The notes: generated by a model not told the origin, from the sequence alone. A stretch of DNA of 64,000 bases from the human T2T-CHM13v2.0 reference genome, Homo sapiens (GCF_009914755.1 NC_060926.1), one strand, 5' to 3'. Counted from the first letter of the stretch, positions 12,430 to 25,299 are shown. Numbers and translations are program-made.

Positions 12430-13250
12430 GCACAACATAAATATTTCCTATTATGGAGAAACTAAAGTCACAATGGAATCTGTCATGCTTGTGATATGAG
12501 AGATGGACAATATTTCGGGGCTGCTGCCATGCTGGCACCTGAATGGAGTTTATATTTTGTTTATGGAGCTGAATCCGAAGCCTTTTATTTTTTTGGCTCG
12601 GCCTGTGTCATTCTTCATGGAAGCTCGAAATGGCCGCGGAGCAGCTCAATATTCCATTTATTTTACTTATAAAAGAAATTCAAAGGCTGAAAAGATGAAG
12701 TAATTGACTTAGTGGGATGACAGTTAAACCCACTAAATTTAATCTTATCCTCTCAAGTACAACATATCGCGCTTACAAATTATCGCCAGCCACCAGGCAG
12801 CCCCGCGCTCCTCACCTAATGCAAATGGAGCGGAGGCCTCTGTTATTGTATTATCTGACTTTACTATCAGCATTAATCCGGCTTAGCCCGCTTAATGATG
12901 CCACTTGTGGCACTCCGAAGGCAGCGGAGAAGTCTATAAACTACTTCCATTAAAATGCAAATCGGGCCCGCTGAGAAAACAAGTGACACAAAAAGTGGGC
13001 GCCGCGCGGCCGCCGCCCGCGATGGCGCCGATGGCTGATGCCGCGATTACGCCGGCGGGGGCGGCCCGCGCGCCACGAACGTGCCCGACAAGCCGCGCCG
13101 CTTAATTTCTGAAGAGATTTATATTTTTTTTGTTGTCAGGAAATGAACAAATACTTATCAATGTAAAAACTGCTATCTCCGATCTCCCCGCCGGGTTTTT
13201 CATACTGATATTCTTTGCACCCCGTAACACAGGAAATGAAAATCTTCTCC
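12430..13250. promoter_or_regulatory. Putative developmental enhancer-like element
   Basis: Repeat-free. Two ATGCAAAT octamers (12819, 12955) plus TAATTG, TGACAG, TTTATGG and CAAGTG motifs. Function and conservation are inferred. Confidence 0.55.
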
Positions 13251-13840
13251 GCCTCTCACGTCGCCGCTGCGCCTTCAAATCCTCTGCGAGCAGACTGGCC
13301 TCCCCCCACCGGCCCCCTCCCGGGCTCCCCTCCCCGGTAAACAGAAAAGAAAACTTCTGTGGGCGAAGGAGGGAGAAATTCCAAGGCTCTGGCTTTCCCC
13401 AGCCGACTTGGGTTTCGGGGCAGCGCGGGCTCCCTTCTTTCCAGCGCAGGAAGAAGGGGTGAGGGAGGAGGGGCCGGGGTGCTGGCACTCAACGGTAACA
13501 TCTGTTTTACTTAAGCAGCTCGATTTCGTTTTAGGATGAAAAAGTATTCCCTTTCAGCATGAGGAATCGTGGGCCCTGGGGCTTGTATTGATTCAGAACA
13601 AGGCCTCATAAAACACTAGCAGGTGATTTAGTTTCATATTTTGATTCCTTTGTTTAGACAGTTTCTCTCAGGTTCTCCTGTGTCGGCCCGGGGACCCCAG
13701 CATCCCTCCTTTGATGTTGGAGGGACACCCGGGCCGTCGAGCTCGCCCCGCTCTTGTGGGTGACTTTGTGCTCTTGAGGGCGCAGCATTTCCCAAGGTTC
13801 TCCCCCACCCTCACCCGGCGAGCCCAGGCTCTGCGGTCAG
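12590..13840. promoter_or_regulatory. CpG island
   Basis: Many retained CpGs with a dense core at 12960-13100 (contains a NotI GCGGCCGC site), against a CpG-depleted background. Confidence 0.85.
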
Positions 13841-14528
13841 GCTCTCAAATCCTGCAAGGATTGATGGTCCTCACAGAGGGATCAATACTACATTTTAAAT
13901 ATTACAATACCTTTTATTGAGACACTATTACAACACAAATGTTTTACCCTGTCACGGGACCCAGTTAAAATTGCTTTTGACCATCTTATTGGTGGGCTTC
14001 CCCGGCCCTCTGTGTTTCCCACTTCTGGGAGGAGTCACTGTGCTCCCGGGATGGGCTGGCCCCGCCCAGGAGGCCTGGGAAGGAGGAGGATGCAGCCTGG
14101 GAGGGCTGTGGGGCACCTGGGGAGTGCTGCAGAAACTGGCTGTTGCCCACGTGGCCTCTTTTGGGAGGCTTGTTCTCACTCCTGTTGACTCTTCCCTGGC
14201 TGTATTAAAAAATACGTCCACAAAGTCCTCTCTTTCTTGGATTTGCACCCCTTACAGGAGAAAGGGGGAGTCTGTGCAGGTGAAGCTAGGATTAAGGACG
14301 AAATTTATCGTGGAGCCCTGGGACAGGGCCACAGACCATCTTCTGTGAGTTTGTCAGTCCTCTGTATGTGTCTGGCTGGTCTGCATTTGCCACATCGCCT
14401 CCTAACTCCCCCTGCCTGTGTTTATTTCCCTCCCTTTCTGGACTGGAGGAAGCTGCATCTGATTTTCCGACAGGCAGTGCCTAGGATAAGGTCTGGCCTC
14501 TGCAATAGAGATACATAGTATGTGCTCA

Positions 14529-15213
<685 letters not shown>

Positions 15214-15414
15214 GGAAGGAACGCTATCTTATTGTTCCCCCCTCATCCCTGCAGAAGCTGAAGAGTTGCCTGTGAACAGCTAGCGCACATCCGTGGGTTG
15301 CCATCACAGAGGAGAAAGACTCGTTCAGTTTTCCTTGGTCCACCTGAATTTGTTTGCCCCATGTGTTGCCAGTATGGAGTCCCACCTGAGTTTGTACCCT
15401 GGTTTCTTCACTTC

Positions 15415-15540
15415 AAAGCTGTGTTTCTTGAGAGAGATACTGAATCATTCTAAGCCTCAGTGTCTTCGTCCCTTAATTGGAAACAGGAATACCTGCCACA
15501 CGGAGCTACCGAGGGTTTGATGAGATGACGTGTGTAATGG
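15415..15540 (+). mobile_element. MIR
   Basis: ctaagcctcagtgtcttcgtc core. Confidence 0.55.
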
Positions 15541-15689
15541 TTCTCAGAGGAAGCATCCGAAAAGCACTCTTTTTCTGTGAGCCCAGCTGAGATGGTGTAG
15601 TAACAAGGGCCCAAAGGCTGCTTGGTACCAATTCATAAAAAAACAAAAAAGTGAAGGTAAATCATTTTCTCCATTAACATCCTAAAGTG

Positions 15690-15827
15690 GGCCAGGCTCA
15701 GTGGTTCATGCCTATAATCCCAGCACTTTGGGAGGCTGAGGTGGAAAGATTGTTGGGTTCCAAGTTCTAGGAGTTTGAGACCAGCCTGGGTAACATAGCA
15801 AGACTCTGTCTCAAAAAAAAAAAAAAA
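15690..15827 (+). mobile_element. FLAM_C-like Alu monomer
   Basis: Single left arm with A-tail; TSD atcctaaagtg/atcctaaactg. Confidence 0.88.
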
Positions 15828-15932
15828 TCCTAAACTGCACACATTTTTCTTTTCTTAAAACTTTGGCACATGTCTTCTGTAAGTGGTTGCTGTAATGGAA
15901 TTGAATATATCCGAGTTTCATAGTGTTTATCT

Positions 15933-16230
15933 ACTCATTCATTATTCCACAGATATTTATAGTGTGCTCACCATATGCCAGGCACTTAGTAGGTAATTGG
16001 ATACAGCAGTGAGTAAGACAGACAAGATCAGGGTACCTAGGGAGCTTCTATTCTAAAGAGGCAAAGAAAACAAGCTAACAAGCAAATACAGACTATAATT
16101 GCAAATTGTGACAAATGCTATGAAGAAAATGGAAAGAGTGATGGGATAGAGGATGTTCCACCCAAAAATTATGATTTCTGGGTAACTGGCCTTCTGAACA
16201 AGTATGAGAACAATCAGTGTATGTGTGACA
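15933..16230 (-). mobile_element. L2
   Basis: tcattcatt...atatttat...ccatatgccaggcact...gatacagcagtgagtaagacagac. Confidence 0.8.
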
Positions 16231-16254
16231 CCCAGCCAGTACACAGAACAGCTG

Positions 16255-16775
16255 GCTCCAGTTAACTATTGCTGTGTAACACAACACCCCAAAACTTAGC
16301 GACTTAAAATAACAACAGCATTTACTTTGCTTGCAAATCAGCAATTTGAGCATGGCTCCGCAGGGACAGCTCATCTCTGCTCCACTTAGCCTCAGCTTGT
16401 GGGGATCAAAGGCTGAAGGTGGGGTCATGTGGAGGCTCTCTCATTTACGTGTCTGGAGGGTGATGCTGGCTGTCAGCTGGGACCTCAGCTGGATCTGGGG
16501 CTGGAACATGTGGCCCTTCCACCAGGGGGCTACCTGGCTTCCTCATGGCCTGGAGGCTGGGTTCCAAGGGCAAGCATCCTAAGGGTAAGATAACTAGGCA
16601 GAAGCTGTATTGCTTTTTATGATCTAGACTTTGAAGTCCACAGTGCCACCTTTGCCACATTCTATTCATTAGAGGTTAGTCACTGAGGTGAACCCACATT
16701 CAAGGGGAGGGAATAGACTCTGTTTTTCCATAGGAGCAGTGTCAAAGAATTTGTGGACATAATTTCAAACTGCCT
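16255..16775 (-). mobile_element. MLT1 (F/G/H-like) LTR
   Basis: ctattgctgtgtaacacaacaccccaaaacttag...gaatttgtggacata. Confidence 0.82.
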
Positions 16776-17314
16776 AAAGCCTCAGTTGAAGAGATGAGAA
16801 GCATTAGTTTTGAAAACATGATCAAACACACTTGACCTTCATATGCCATCTCACTTGCCAATGGTTTTTTCTCCCTCTGGTTTATCTCCAGCCTAGCCAC
16901 CCTGCCATGATGACAGGACTAATTTTTCTGATCATGCCCTGGAGGCTTGTTTTTCATTTTGTCCCTCTGTCCTTCCATGGCCCTCAACTGTGCTAGAAAA
17001 AGCCCAGGTTTCTTATCCATACATTCACAATTCTTGCATATCTGGCCTTAGTCTCCTTCCCTACTTTATTTCCTAAACCAGTGAAGGAAGGATGAAGGCT
17101 GAAGGCTGAATGTAAAGACAAGACCGCTTCAACCAAGTTAGTCCACTTATTTACACCTAAATTACCTACAGTGTGCATTTCTTTGTCTGCTACTTTCTCC
17201 ATCTGATAGTTCCCCAGCACCCAAATTCTATTTATTTTTCAAAACTCAGTCCAAGCTTCTCTCTTACATGAAGTTTTTCCTGACCAAACACCATTAATAA
17301 CAAGTAATAGCTGA

Positions 17315-17520
17315 TAATTATTGAGTACCTAATGCAAGCCAGCAATTTTACTAGTGACTTTGCATCTATTTCCATTAATTCTCACAACCATCTTGCAAGT
17401 TTCCTATTTTCCCGTTGAACAGATGAGAAAACCAAGGCAAAGAAATTTTCTCTGGGTTATCCAGCTAGTAGTATGAGATGCATTTGGGATTCAAATCTGT
17501 CCATCTGCCTTGAATCCAAC
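17315..17520 (-). mobile_element. MIR
   Basis: attgagtacct...aattctcacaacc...acagatgagaaaaccaaggc...gggattcaaatc. Confidence 0.75.
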
Positions 17521-17892
17521 ACAATCTCTATAAAGTAGAAAGTGATAAGTAGTTAAGTCATGAAGGAAAAGCACTGGACAGTTCAGTGGTCTTGTTTTGG
17601 GGGAGTTGAGCTAATCAGGAACGTGAACGTCAGTGACTTGGTGTCTCCAGAGAAGTAAACAGACCTATCTCAGGTTGAAAGCTTTTGTTTGTCTGTTGGC
17701 TGCATCATACTCTGGCCAGCTGGGCTCTGAGGAATTTTTACGATTTTGTTAGGTATCCTAATCGCCAACTTGCAAGTAGTGCCTTAAGGTCAAGGGGGGT
17801 CTAATGGTTTAATGATAGAGAGAGAAGAATGGGCTAGGAATGAGACAGCTGGGCTCTTTGGTCTACCTCCCCAATTTTGAAATAGATTCTTA

Positions 17893-18342
17893 TTGGGCTA
17901 TATAAAAAAATATGCCCACAAAGTCCTCCCTTTCTTGGATGCACTCCCCTCACAATGTGTCTTTGCTGCCTTTCCCAAGAAAAAGGAGGGGGATCTGATG
18001 TGAATTGGCCTGATGTGAACTTGCTTTGCCCAATTGAATGGGAAGGAGCCATACGATCAAAGTTCTGAGATTATGCCTTAAAGAGCCTTGCAGCCTCCTC
18101 TTCACCCTCTTATAACTCTACTCTGATACCACCATGCTAGGAAGAAGCTGGGATGAAGACCAAGTAGAGAGAGGCCCAGCCATTTCTGCTCTCCCTGTTG
18201 CCCTGGCTGAACTCAGCCCCATCTGAAATCTGTTGAGTGAGAACTGACCAGCCAACCACAGAATCTTTGGGAAAGGTAACCTGTTGTTTAAAGCCACTAG
18301 CTTTTGGTATGGTTTGTTACACAGTAATAGATAACTGATACA
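17893..18342 (+). mobile_element. MLT1 (H/I-like) LTR
   Basis: Ends tgttgtttaaagccact...ggtttgttacacagtaatagataactgataca. Confidence 0.8.
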
Positions 18343-18862
18343 CATCGTTGAGATTCCACTAGGGAAAGGGAATTTGAAGAGCCTTTGGAATATATGTATG
18401 GAAAGGAGCTTTGCCTGTGGAAATTGAATGGAATGGGATGAGAGAGAAGGCTCATCATCTCCAGGAAGTCAATAATAATGGAAGAAAACAGGCACATGAA
18501 AGAATGTTCAAACCAAGAGTTAATATTCAAATAGTGAATAAAATGAGAATCATAGAATCAGAAACTCCAGGCCTGGGAGAGCCTTCTGTAACCAGGTGTT
18601 TCAGGGATGACAAATAGGTTTCGGTGGTTGCCCACTCGAACGGATTAGTTGTGGCTGCCTGGAGTGCTGTGCTGAGAATGCTGAGGCTTTGTCCATTTTC
18701 AACAGAAAGGAGGGCTGTGATCAATTAGTGATGTCTGCCACGGGTGCGAATCTTACTTCAGTTATTCAAATGTGCAAAGCTCTTTCCAGTCTCAGCACAT
18801 TTTCCCATGCTGCACACTCTATTTGGAATACTTTCCCCACTCCACCACTGTTTTTCTAGCTG

Positions 18863-19143
18863 GTTTGGAGACAAGATGTCTCTCTGTTGACCAGGCTGGA
18901 GTGTAGTGGTGAGATCATAATTCACTGTAAACTCGAACTCCTCCATTCAAGTGATCTTCCCACCTCAGCCTTCTGAGTAGGCAGGACTACAGGCACACGC
19001 TACTACACTGGGCTAATTCTTTTTGTAGAGTCAGGATCTTGCTATGTTGCCCATGCTGATTTCAAGCTCCCAGCCCCAAGTCATCCTCCTGCCTCAGCCT
19101 CCCAAAGCGCTGAGATTACAGGCATGATCCACTGTGCCCATCC
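18863..19143 (-). mobile_element. AluJ
   Basis: Diverged dimer (gatcataattcactgtaaactcgaactcc); tail lost. Confidence 0.9.
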
Positions 19144-19154
19144 CATCCATTAAG

Positions 19155-19420
19155 TTTCAATTTTAATGTCACTTCTTTGTGGAGGCCTTCCCTGCCTGAA
19201 GCAAACCACTTCTATTAATGTCTCTTGGTTGCATGCCTCATAATTTGCCATTATATGTATGTGTGTATTTGTTTTCTCACCCTTTTCTCACAACACACTC
19301 ATTTAACAGCAAACTTCCTGAGGAAAGTACCCTGTCTATTTCTTCCCAGCTATTTACCTAGTACCTGGTATAGTGCTGAAGTGGAAGAAGTGCTTAATGC
19401 TATTGTTGAATGGCTGATTG
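19155..19420 (+). mobile_element. L2
   Basis: aatgtcacttc...gaggccttccctg...cctagtacctggtatagtgct...tgttgaatg. Confidence 0.65.
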
Positions 19421-19580
19421 AGAGATTGCATGGATACTGAGTTCGGCCATCCTGAGCTAAACCAATTTCCTCTTCTAACCTGGAATGCTTAGGTCACATG
19501 CCTGGAACATACAGTCTGTCAAGCTACAAACTCTTAGTTCTGTGCTTTTTCTAAGACATCAGTTCTACAATGCACACAGA

Positions 19581-19891
19581 TTTTGTTTTGTTTTGGTCTG
19601 TTTTTGGGACTGAGTCTTACTTTGTTGCCCAGGCTGGAGTGCAGTGGCAGTGGAGTTGCACTGCAACCTCCACCTCCTGGGTTCAAGCAATGCTCGTGCC
19701 TCAGCCTCCCTGGTAGCTGCAATTTCAGGCATGCGCCATCACTACCATACCCTGCTAATTTTCATATTTTTAGTAGAGATGGGGTTTTGTCATGCTGGCT
19801 TGGCTGGTCTTGAACTCCTGGCCTCAAGTCATCTGTCAGCTTCAACCTCCCAAAGTGCTGGGATTACATGTGTGAGCTGCTGCACCCGGCT
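19581..19891 (-). mobile_element. Alu (old, J/early S)
   Basis: Diverged dimer; TSD cacacaga on both sides. Confidence 0.9.
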
Positions 19892-20748
19892 CACACAGAG
19901 GTATTTTAGAGACTAGAAGCTGCAGGAGAAAGAGGTTGACACTGTGCTGAGAGACAGATTTTGCTGGAGCAGCTAGCCAATTCAGATGCTTATCAACCTA
20001 CTGACCGGGAGAAATAATAATGTTTCGTCAAGTTGACTTACCAATTTTGTCGCTTTAAGCTCATGTTTGGCTGTGATCTGACAGGTGCTGTTGGTAATAA
20101 TACCAAGTTGTGGGCATGCAAGAAATGTTTTGTATTGGGCTGTGTCCCTGTGCCCTCAACACAAATAGAATGTTCAGAAGTTGAATGAATGTGTGGGTGT
20201 AGCATCCTATATCCAAGGGGGGGATGTTCTAAATGTAATAAGACATTTTTGTGACCCCAAATACCTTTTGAGTATTAATATTTTGAAAAGAAGATAAGTT
20301 AAAGATGAATAATAAAGACAGGTACGATATTTTGTCTTACTCTCAAAGTTAAAAGCAGTAAAAATAAATTAATTGACATGTGTCCAAAGCAATCACCTAT
20401 TTGACATGGGAACCCTTCTGTGTTGTCCTAGAACTTCCACGGATGGCAGACACATTTCACTCTTTGCAAGGCCTTTTCTTATTAAGGATGACCAGTGTTT
20501 CCCTGAGGTGACCAGCCTGTTCAACGGGCTACAGAAGAACTGGGGCACAGAGAATGCACTTCCCTTACATGTGCACTGAGCAAGAAAAGAACATTTGGCA
20601 AATTTCTGTGACAGCTGGAGTGACGGTGACCATTTGTGGGCTTTAAGTAGTGACAGGACACATTAAATTAATTTTGATATTTTATAAGTTAAAACCTTTT
20701 ATTTTGTCTTTATGATAAATGTTCTCTCCCTAGCTTTACCCTCTAGGG

Positions 20749-20962
20749 CAGAGATTGGCAAACCTTTTGTAAAGGAACAGATCGTAAATATTTTAGGCTT
20801 TGTGGGCCAGGAGATTTTTCTTGCAACTCTGCCATAGCAGTTTATAAGTAGCCATAGACATTATGTAGATAGATGAATGTGGCTGTGCTCCAATAAAACT
20901 TTATTTACAAAAACAGGAAGAGGGCTAGATTTGGCCTGTGGGCTATGGTTTTCCAGTGCTTG
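20749..20962. mobile_element. MER58A hAT-Charlie MITE
   Basis: ttggcaaacc...gtaaatattttaggctttgtgggcc...ccaataaaactttatttacaaaaacagg. Confidence 0.88.
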
Positions 20963-23339
20963 CTTCAGGAGACTGGAGTCAGTACTTTTTTTCTCCTGTG
21001 AAAGATGAAAACTTTAGTCACTAATTTCCAAAGACTGCTTCTTGCTTGCAAATATGTAATTAATATAAGCAGCAAAGTATAGTAGAATTTCCATGATTTT
21101 ACATCTACTAAAACAAAAAAGATTAAGTTCATTGTGCCTTTAAAATGAAGGAACAGTATCTAATCTGAAAAACTGTTAAAAAGTTAAAATGATGTATAAT
21201 TTCCAAATTCTGCTTCTATGCGGCAGCCCTCCTGCATGTGAAATTGTCGAGTAGAATAGCTATTATTTCCCACTGATGAACCACAAATGGGCTGAAGATA
21301 TTTGCATACCTTTTTACACACAATATATACCAGCACTCTAACCTCTGATTCTTCTTACCAGATTCCATTTAATTTGTCATTAATTAGTAAATTGTTATGT
21401 GAAATGCTGCAAAGCTTCTTGGGTAAAATGGCCAGTGTGATGATTATTCTTTTGGAAGCTATCTGAAATTGTTACTACTGAGCAATTTCCATGAAAATAG
21501 AAGGGTCTTTGGAGCTGTTCTTTTAAAATAAGAATAAAATGAACCAAATGGGGAGAACACATAAAGGCAATAATAAATCAAGGACAAAAGACAAGAAACT
21601 AGTCCCCAAAACAGTATCTAGGAAGAAACTATAGTAGCTTCTTTTTGCAAAGAGTAGGTACTTCTTCAACTTTCTTTTCAAGCTGCAATAAAAACAAAAC
21701 AAAGTTAAAGCGAGTCCTAAAGTAAACTTTCAGAAGTCCAGTTAGTATCTGCTTTAAGAATCTTCAGGTCTCTGAAAACCTTTATCTAAGAGGGTGGGGA
21801 GGGGGGAATCTTTGCCAACTATAGGTCAGTTCTTTCCTTCTTTAAGTTACACCCAGTGTATGTATTTGCATTTATTTTGTCAATTGCAGAATCATTGCTT
21901 TGAGTGATTGTCATTGTCTACATCTTTCTCTCTTTTTTCCTTCTTGCTTGCTTTCTTGCTTTCTTTTTCAATTTCCTTCTTCTTTCCCCTTCTTTTCTTT
22001 CATTTAAAGCCAGGCAGAATGCACCTTCCTGATAGATGGGATTTTGCCTTCAAGTTGTTTCCAGTGTTTAATTCCTCCTTACTGTTACCTCCGGAACCAA
22101 GTCCAAATGAAAGGCGAGCCTCTTTGACCCTCTGCCCTCCCTTTCCTGCCTTCTCTTCTCCTGGGTTTCAATGGTTGATTGAACGGTGTGTTAGGTTCAC
22201 TGAACTTGGTCTTGGCTTCGGTTCCAAGCAGGGACAAAGTCAGCTTCCAGGCCAATTTCCATATGAAAGCAGCTGAGATCTCTTTCCCCATTTTGGAATT
22301 CCAGGCAGCACCCTGGGCTCTGACTTCTCAGATTCAAAGTTCTTGCTCAAATTCCCCCCACCCCCACATTCCAACCCAACCCTAATCTCCTCCCACTTTG
22401 GTTTCTCTGCCCACCAGGTTTCCAGGTCTCCCAGCACACTACAGTGGCCCTGAGAGGGCAGCTGTGAACTCAACTCAAGAAAAACTCCTTCACGTTTCTC
22501 TGAGGCTGATGGCGTAAGAGAGGGATTTGTTTATTAGGGTTTGAGATGGGCAGGGAGAAGTGGGAGGTCCCACGTAGGACAGAGAGAAGGTGGAAGAGTC
22601 AATGCTTGTTAGGGATGAATTTAAGAAAATTATACTTCCTGTTGCCAACTATTTAGGAACAAATACAGCCCCATTAAAGAATTTATCCAGCTGTTTGTAA
22701 ATTTTGGTTTGAGGTCTTAGGTAAACTGCCTCCAAAATTTCTGCTTTACTTCCAAGATGTGGTTTTGCCAAACTAGAAAATGACAACAAAAAAGATGTTG
22801 CCTCTTTCCATTGCATTTCTTATGTAAGCAAATGGCCTGTTTGGACCCTTAAAAATGCCATTAGCAAAAATAGTATCCCCAAGCTGGAAGGAACTCAGGA
22901 AGGCTGTCTCTATTTGAAAGCCACAGAGATGTGTGTGGGTTGACAAACCATAACATCACTCTCAAATCCTCATCCACCTTAAACCAGAAGTTTAAGAAGT
23001 TGCTGGTGGCCAAATCAGACTCTATTTATTTACTGGCTTGTGTTAATATCGGTGCCTTGATTTTTCCGCTCGAAAGTCTTTCCAATCTTAATACCTGGTC
23101 ACATTTCAGTTCTGTTCTGAACAATGCTTTGCTTCTTTCTTTTGTTGGGGAGTAAGGCACAGTGATTTATAGACTGTGCCTTACAATTGGTGAGACAATT
23201 GCTGTTATTGTTTTCGTTGTGTCTCCTAAAAAATGTCACTTTTATAGCAGGGCACAATTGTCTAGAAGACTATAAATATTAGTATCATTTGGACACCGCA
23301 AAGTTGTCACAGAATTCCTGCCATGGATATGAGGACCAA

Positions 23340-23590
23340 CATGTTCATGTGCATAAAGAATGTGTGTGTGTACAAGCATGTGTACATCCGTGGGTTTTTA
23401 TGCTTGTTCCCATATACATGAGCAATGTATATGTGTGCATGTGGTATATTTTCAACTGTGCGCATAAGGGTGTTTGGGTATGTATGTGTATGTGTTGGTG
23501 TGTGAGATGCACATGAATTTGCACATATGTGCATTTAATTTGTAGAAGTAAGTGGGTTGTGTGTCAGGGAGTGGGTGAATGTGCAAATCA
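23340..23590. repeat. Degenerate (TG)n-rich tract
   Basis: Visible TG/TATG low complexity. Confidence 0.75.
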
Positions 23591-24999
23591 GTAAATGGAG
23601 TGCTGCCAGAAAGAACTTGCTTGGTCCTAGCAGCCAAAGGCTTTCAGGACTCTTTGTTATAGTCGCATTCCCGGCGGGCTCCAAACCTCAGACTCTGCCT
23701 GGAGGTACAGTATGCTCTTCCGAAAGCAGAAATTATTGAAACACAGAATGTCTCCTAAGTTGTGCTGGCCAGGTCCCCAAGAAACAGTCTGGACATCACT
23801 GCAGACACAGCCCCTAAGCAAAAACACATGTGCATGTCTCTGCCTCAGAATATGATGGCCTTTAAGGAAATGGATCTCTGTTGAAGAATGAAGGAAGAAA
23901 AAACTGAATCAGCCCCACCATTTGCAGTGAAGGTGTCTGGTGTCATTTATTTTGCTGACCAAGTATCTTCTCTATGGATTATAATAAAAATAAAAATAAT
24001 CTTCCCTTGTTTTATCTGCAGACACTTTATTGTCCTGTATGTGGCCTTAGCAATGAATTCATACACAGATGGGTGACAACAAGGAAAAAGAGTTTAACTA
24101 TTTTGGCAGTGTTAATATTGATCACAGAACAGATTAAGAGACAACTAGGAGAAATTTCTTCATGGGATGAAAATCTCCCTCCTTCCCCAAACTCCTGAGA
24201 CAGCCAGCAGTAGTAGACAGCATCAACATTTATCAATGCAACAATTTCAACTCTTGAGCAAAAGCCTCCCATCTCAGAGATTTTGCATCTAACAAATCAC
24301 TGCATTTTGTCCTTAAATTTATCCTGTGGCAACATTTTGGCAGGATTGTTGGACTGTGGGATAAGAAGACGAAGAATTTTCAAGAAAGAGTTTCCCACCC
24401 CCAACTGCTGCACACTGAGCTGCATTGTCCAGGGAGAGGTGGTGATGATTAATTGTGCCCAGTTCCCTAGGACCCACTCTGCCCTTCCCCCTCTCTCTTC
24501 TGACTCCTTCTTCTTTTCGTAGGCTTCTAGACAGGGAGAATGATTTACTGACTAGTTGAGAATAACAGATATCAGGTCTTAGGCTCAATCTAGTTTAATG
24601 TCTTTTAAATAAACAGGCCTGGTTTTGCCTTGGGCCCTAACACCGTTGCCTTTTTCCTGGCTTTTATTCTGAATGGTTTGTCTCAGCTCCCAGATCTTGT
24701 TTACTTTGTTTGGGCCTGACCCCTGGACTTATTCTGCAGCCTAGCGGAGACCTAGGGTGTGGATTTGTGTTCCCTGCTGTGACCTCTGGCTTCCCCTCCC
24801 AACAGCAGTCCTCACTTGCTCTTCTGGTTATTCTGCCCTGAGGCTTTGGGAAAGCACTTTGCATGATTCCAGTAAGCGTCCTTGGTGGGTTCTCATTAGT
24901 TCCAAGGATGGAACCCCCAACTTCTGGCCAGCTAGAACTGTGTTCTAAGGATTTCTGCAGGAATGAGATTTAATAAGAAATAAAGAGGAAGAGGAATAT

Positions 25000-25200
25000 G
25001 GTTTACTGAGCATCTACCCCATGCCATGCACTGTGCAAAGGAGCTTTATATATTACCTAATACTTCTAACAAGAATGGGTTATCACTTCTAATTAACCTT
25101 TGCAGAAGCCGCATCTAAGAGTTCAAATAACTTGCCCAAAGTCACTCAGCACACCTAGTGAGTGGAATAGCCAGGGTTTAAGACTACATCTAAGTGTTTT
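25000..25200 (-). mobile_element. MIR
   Basis: tttactgagcatctac...aaataacttgcccaaagtcac. Confidence 0.65.
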
Positions 25201-25299
25201 CTGTTATCTTGCCCTTTCCAATAATCTTAACAGTATTTGCTGAGCATTTATATCTGCCAGGCTTTGTGCCAAGCCAATTGTCTGTATTATTTGTTTACG

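Noticed and set aside
13102-14518. Several 80-143 aa ORFs over and beside the CpG island
   Set aside because: GC-rich sequence depletes stop codons; the ORFs overlap on both strands, mostly use non-ATG starts and show no homology I recognise.
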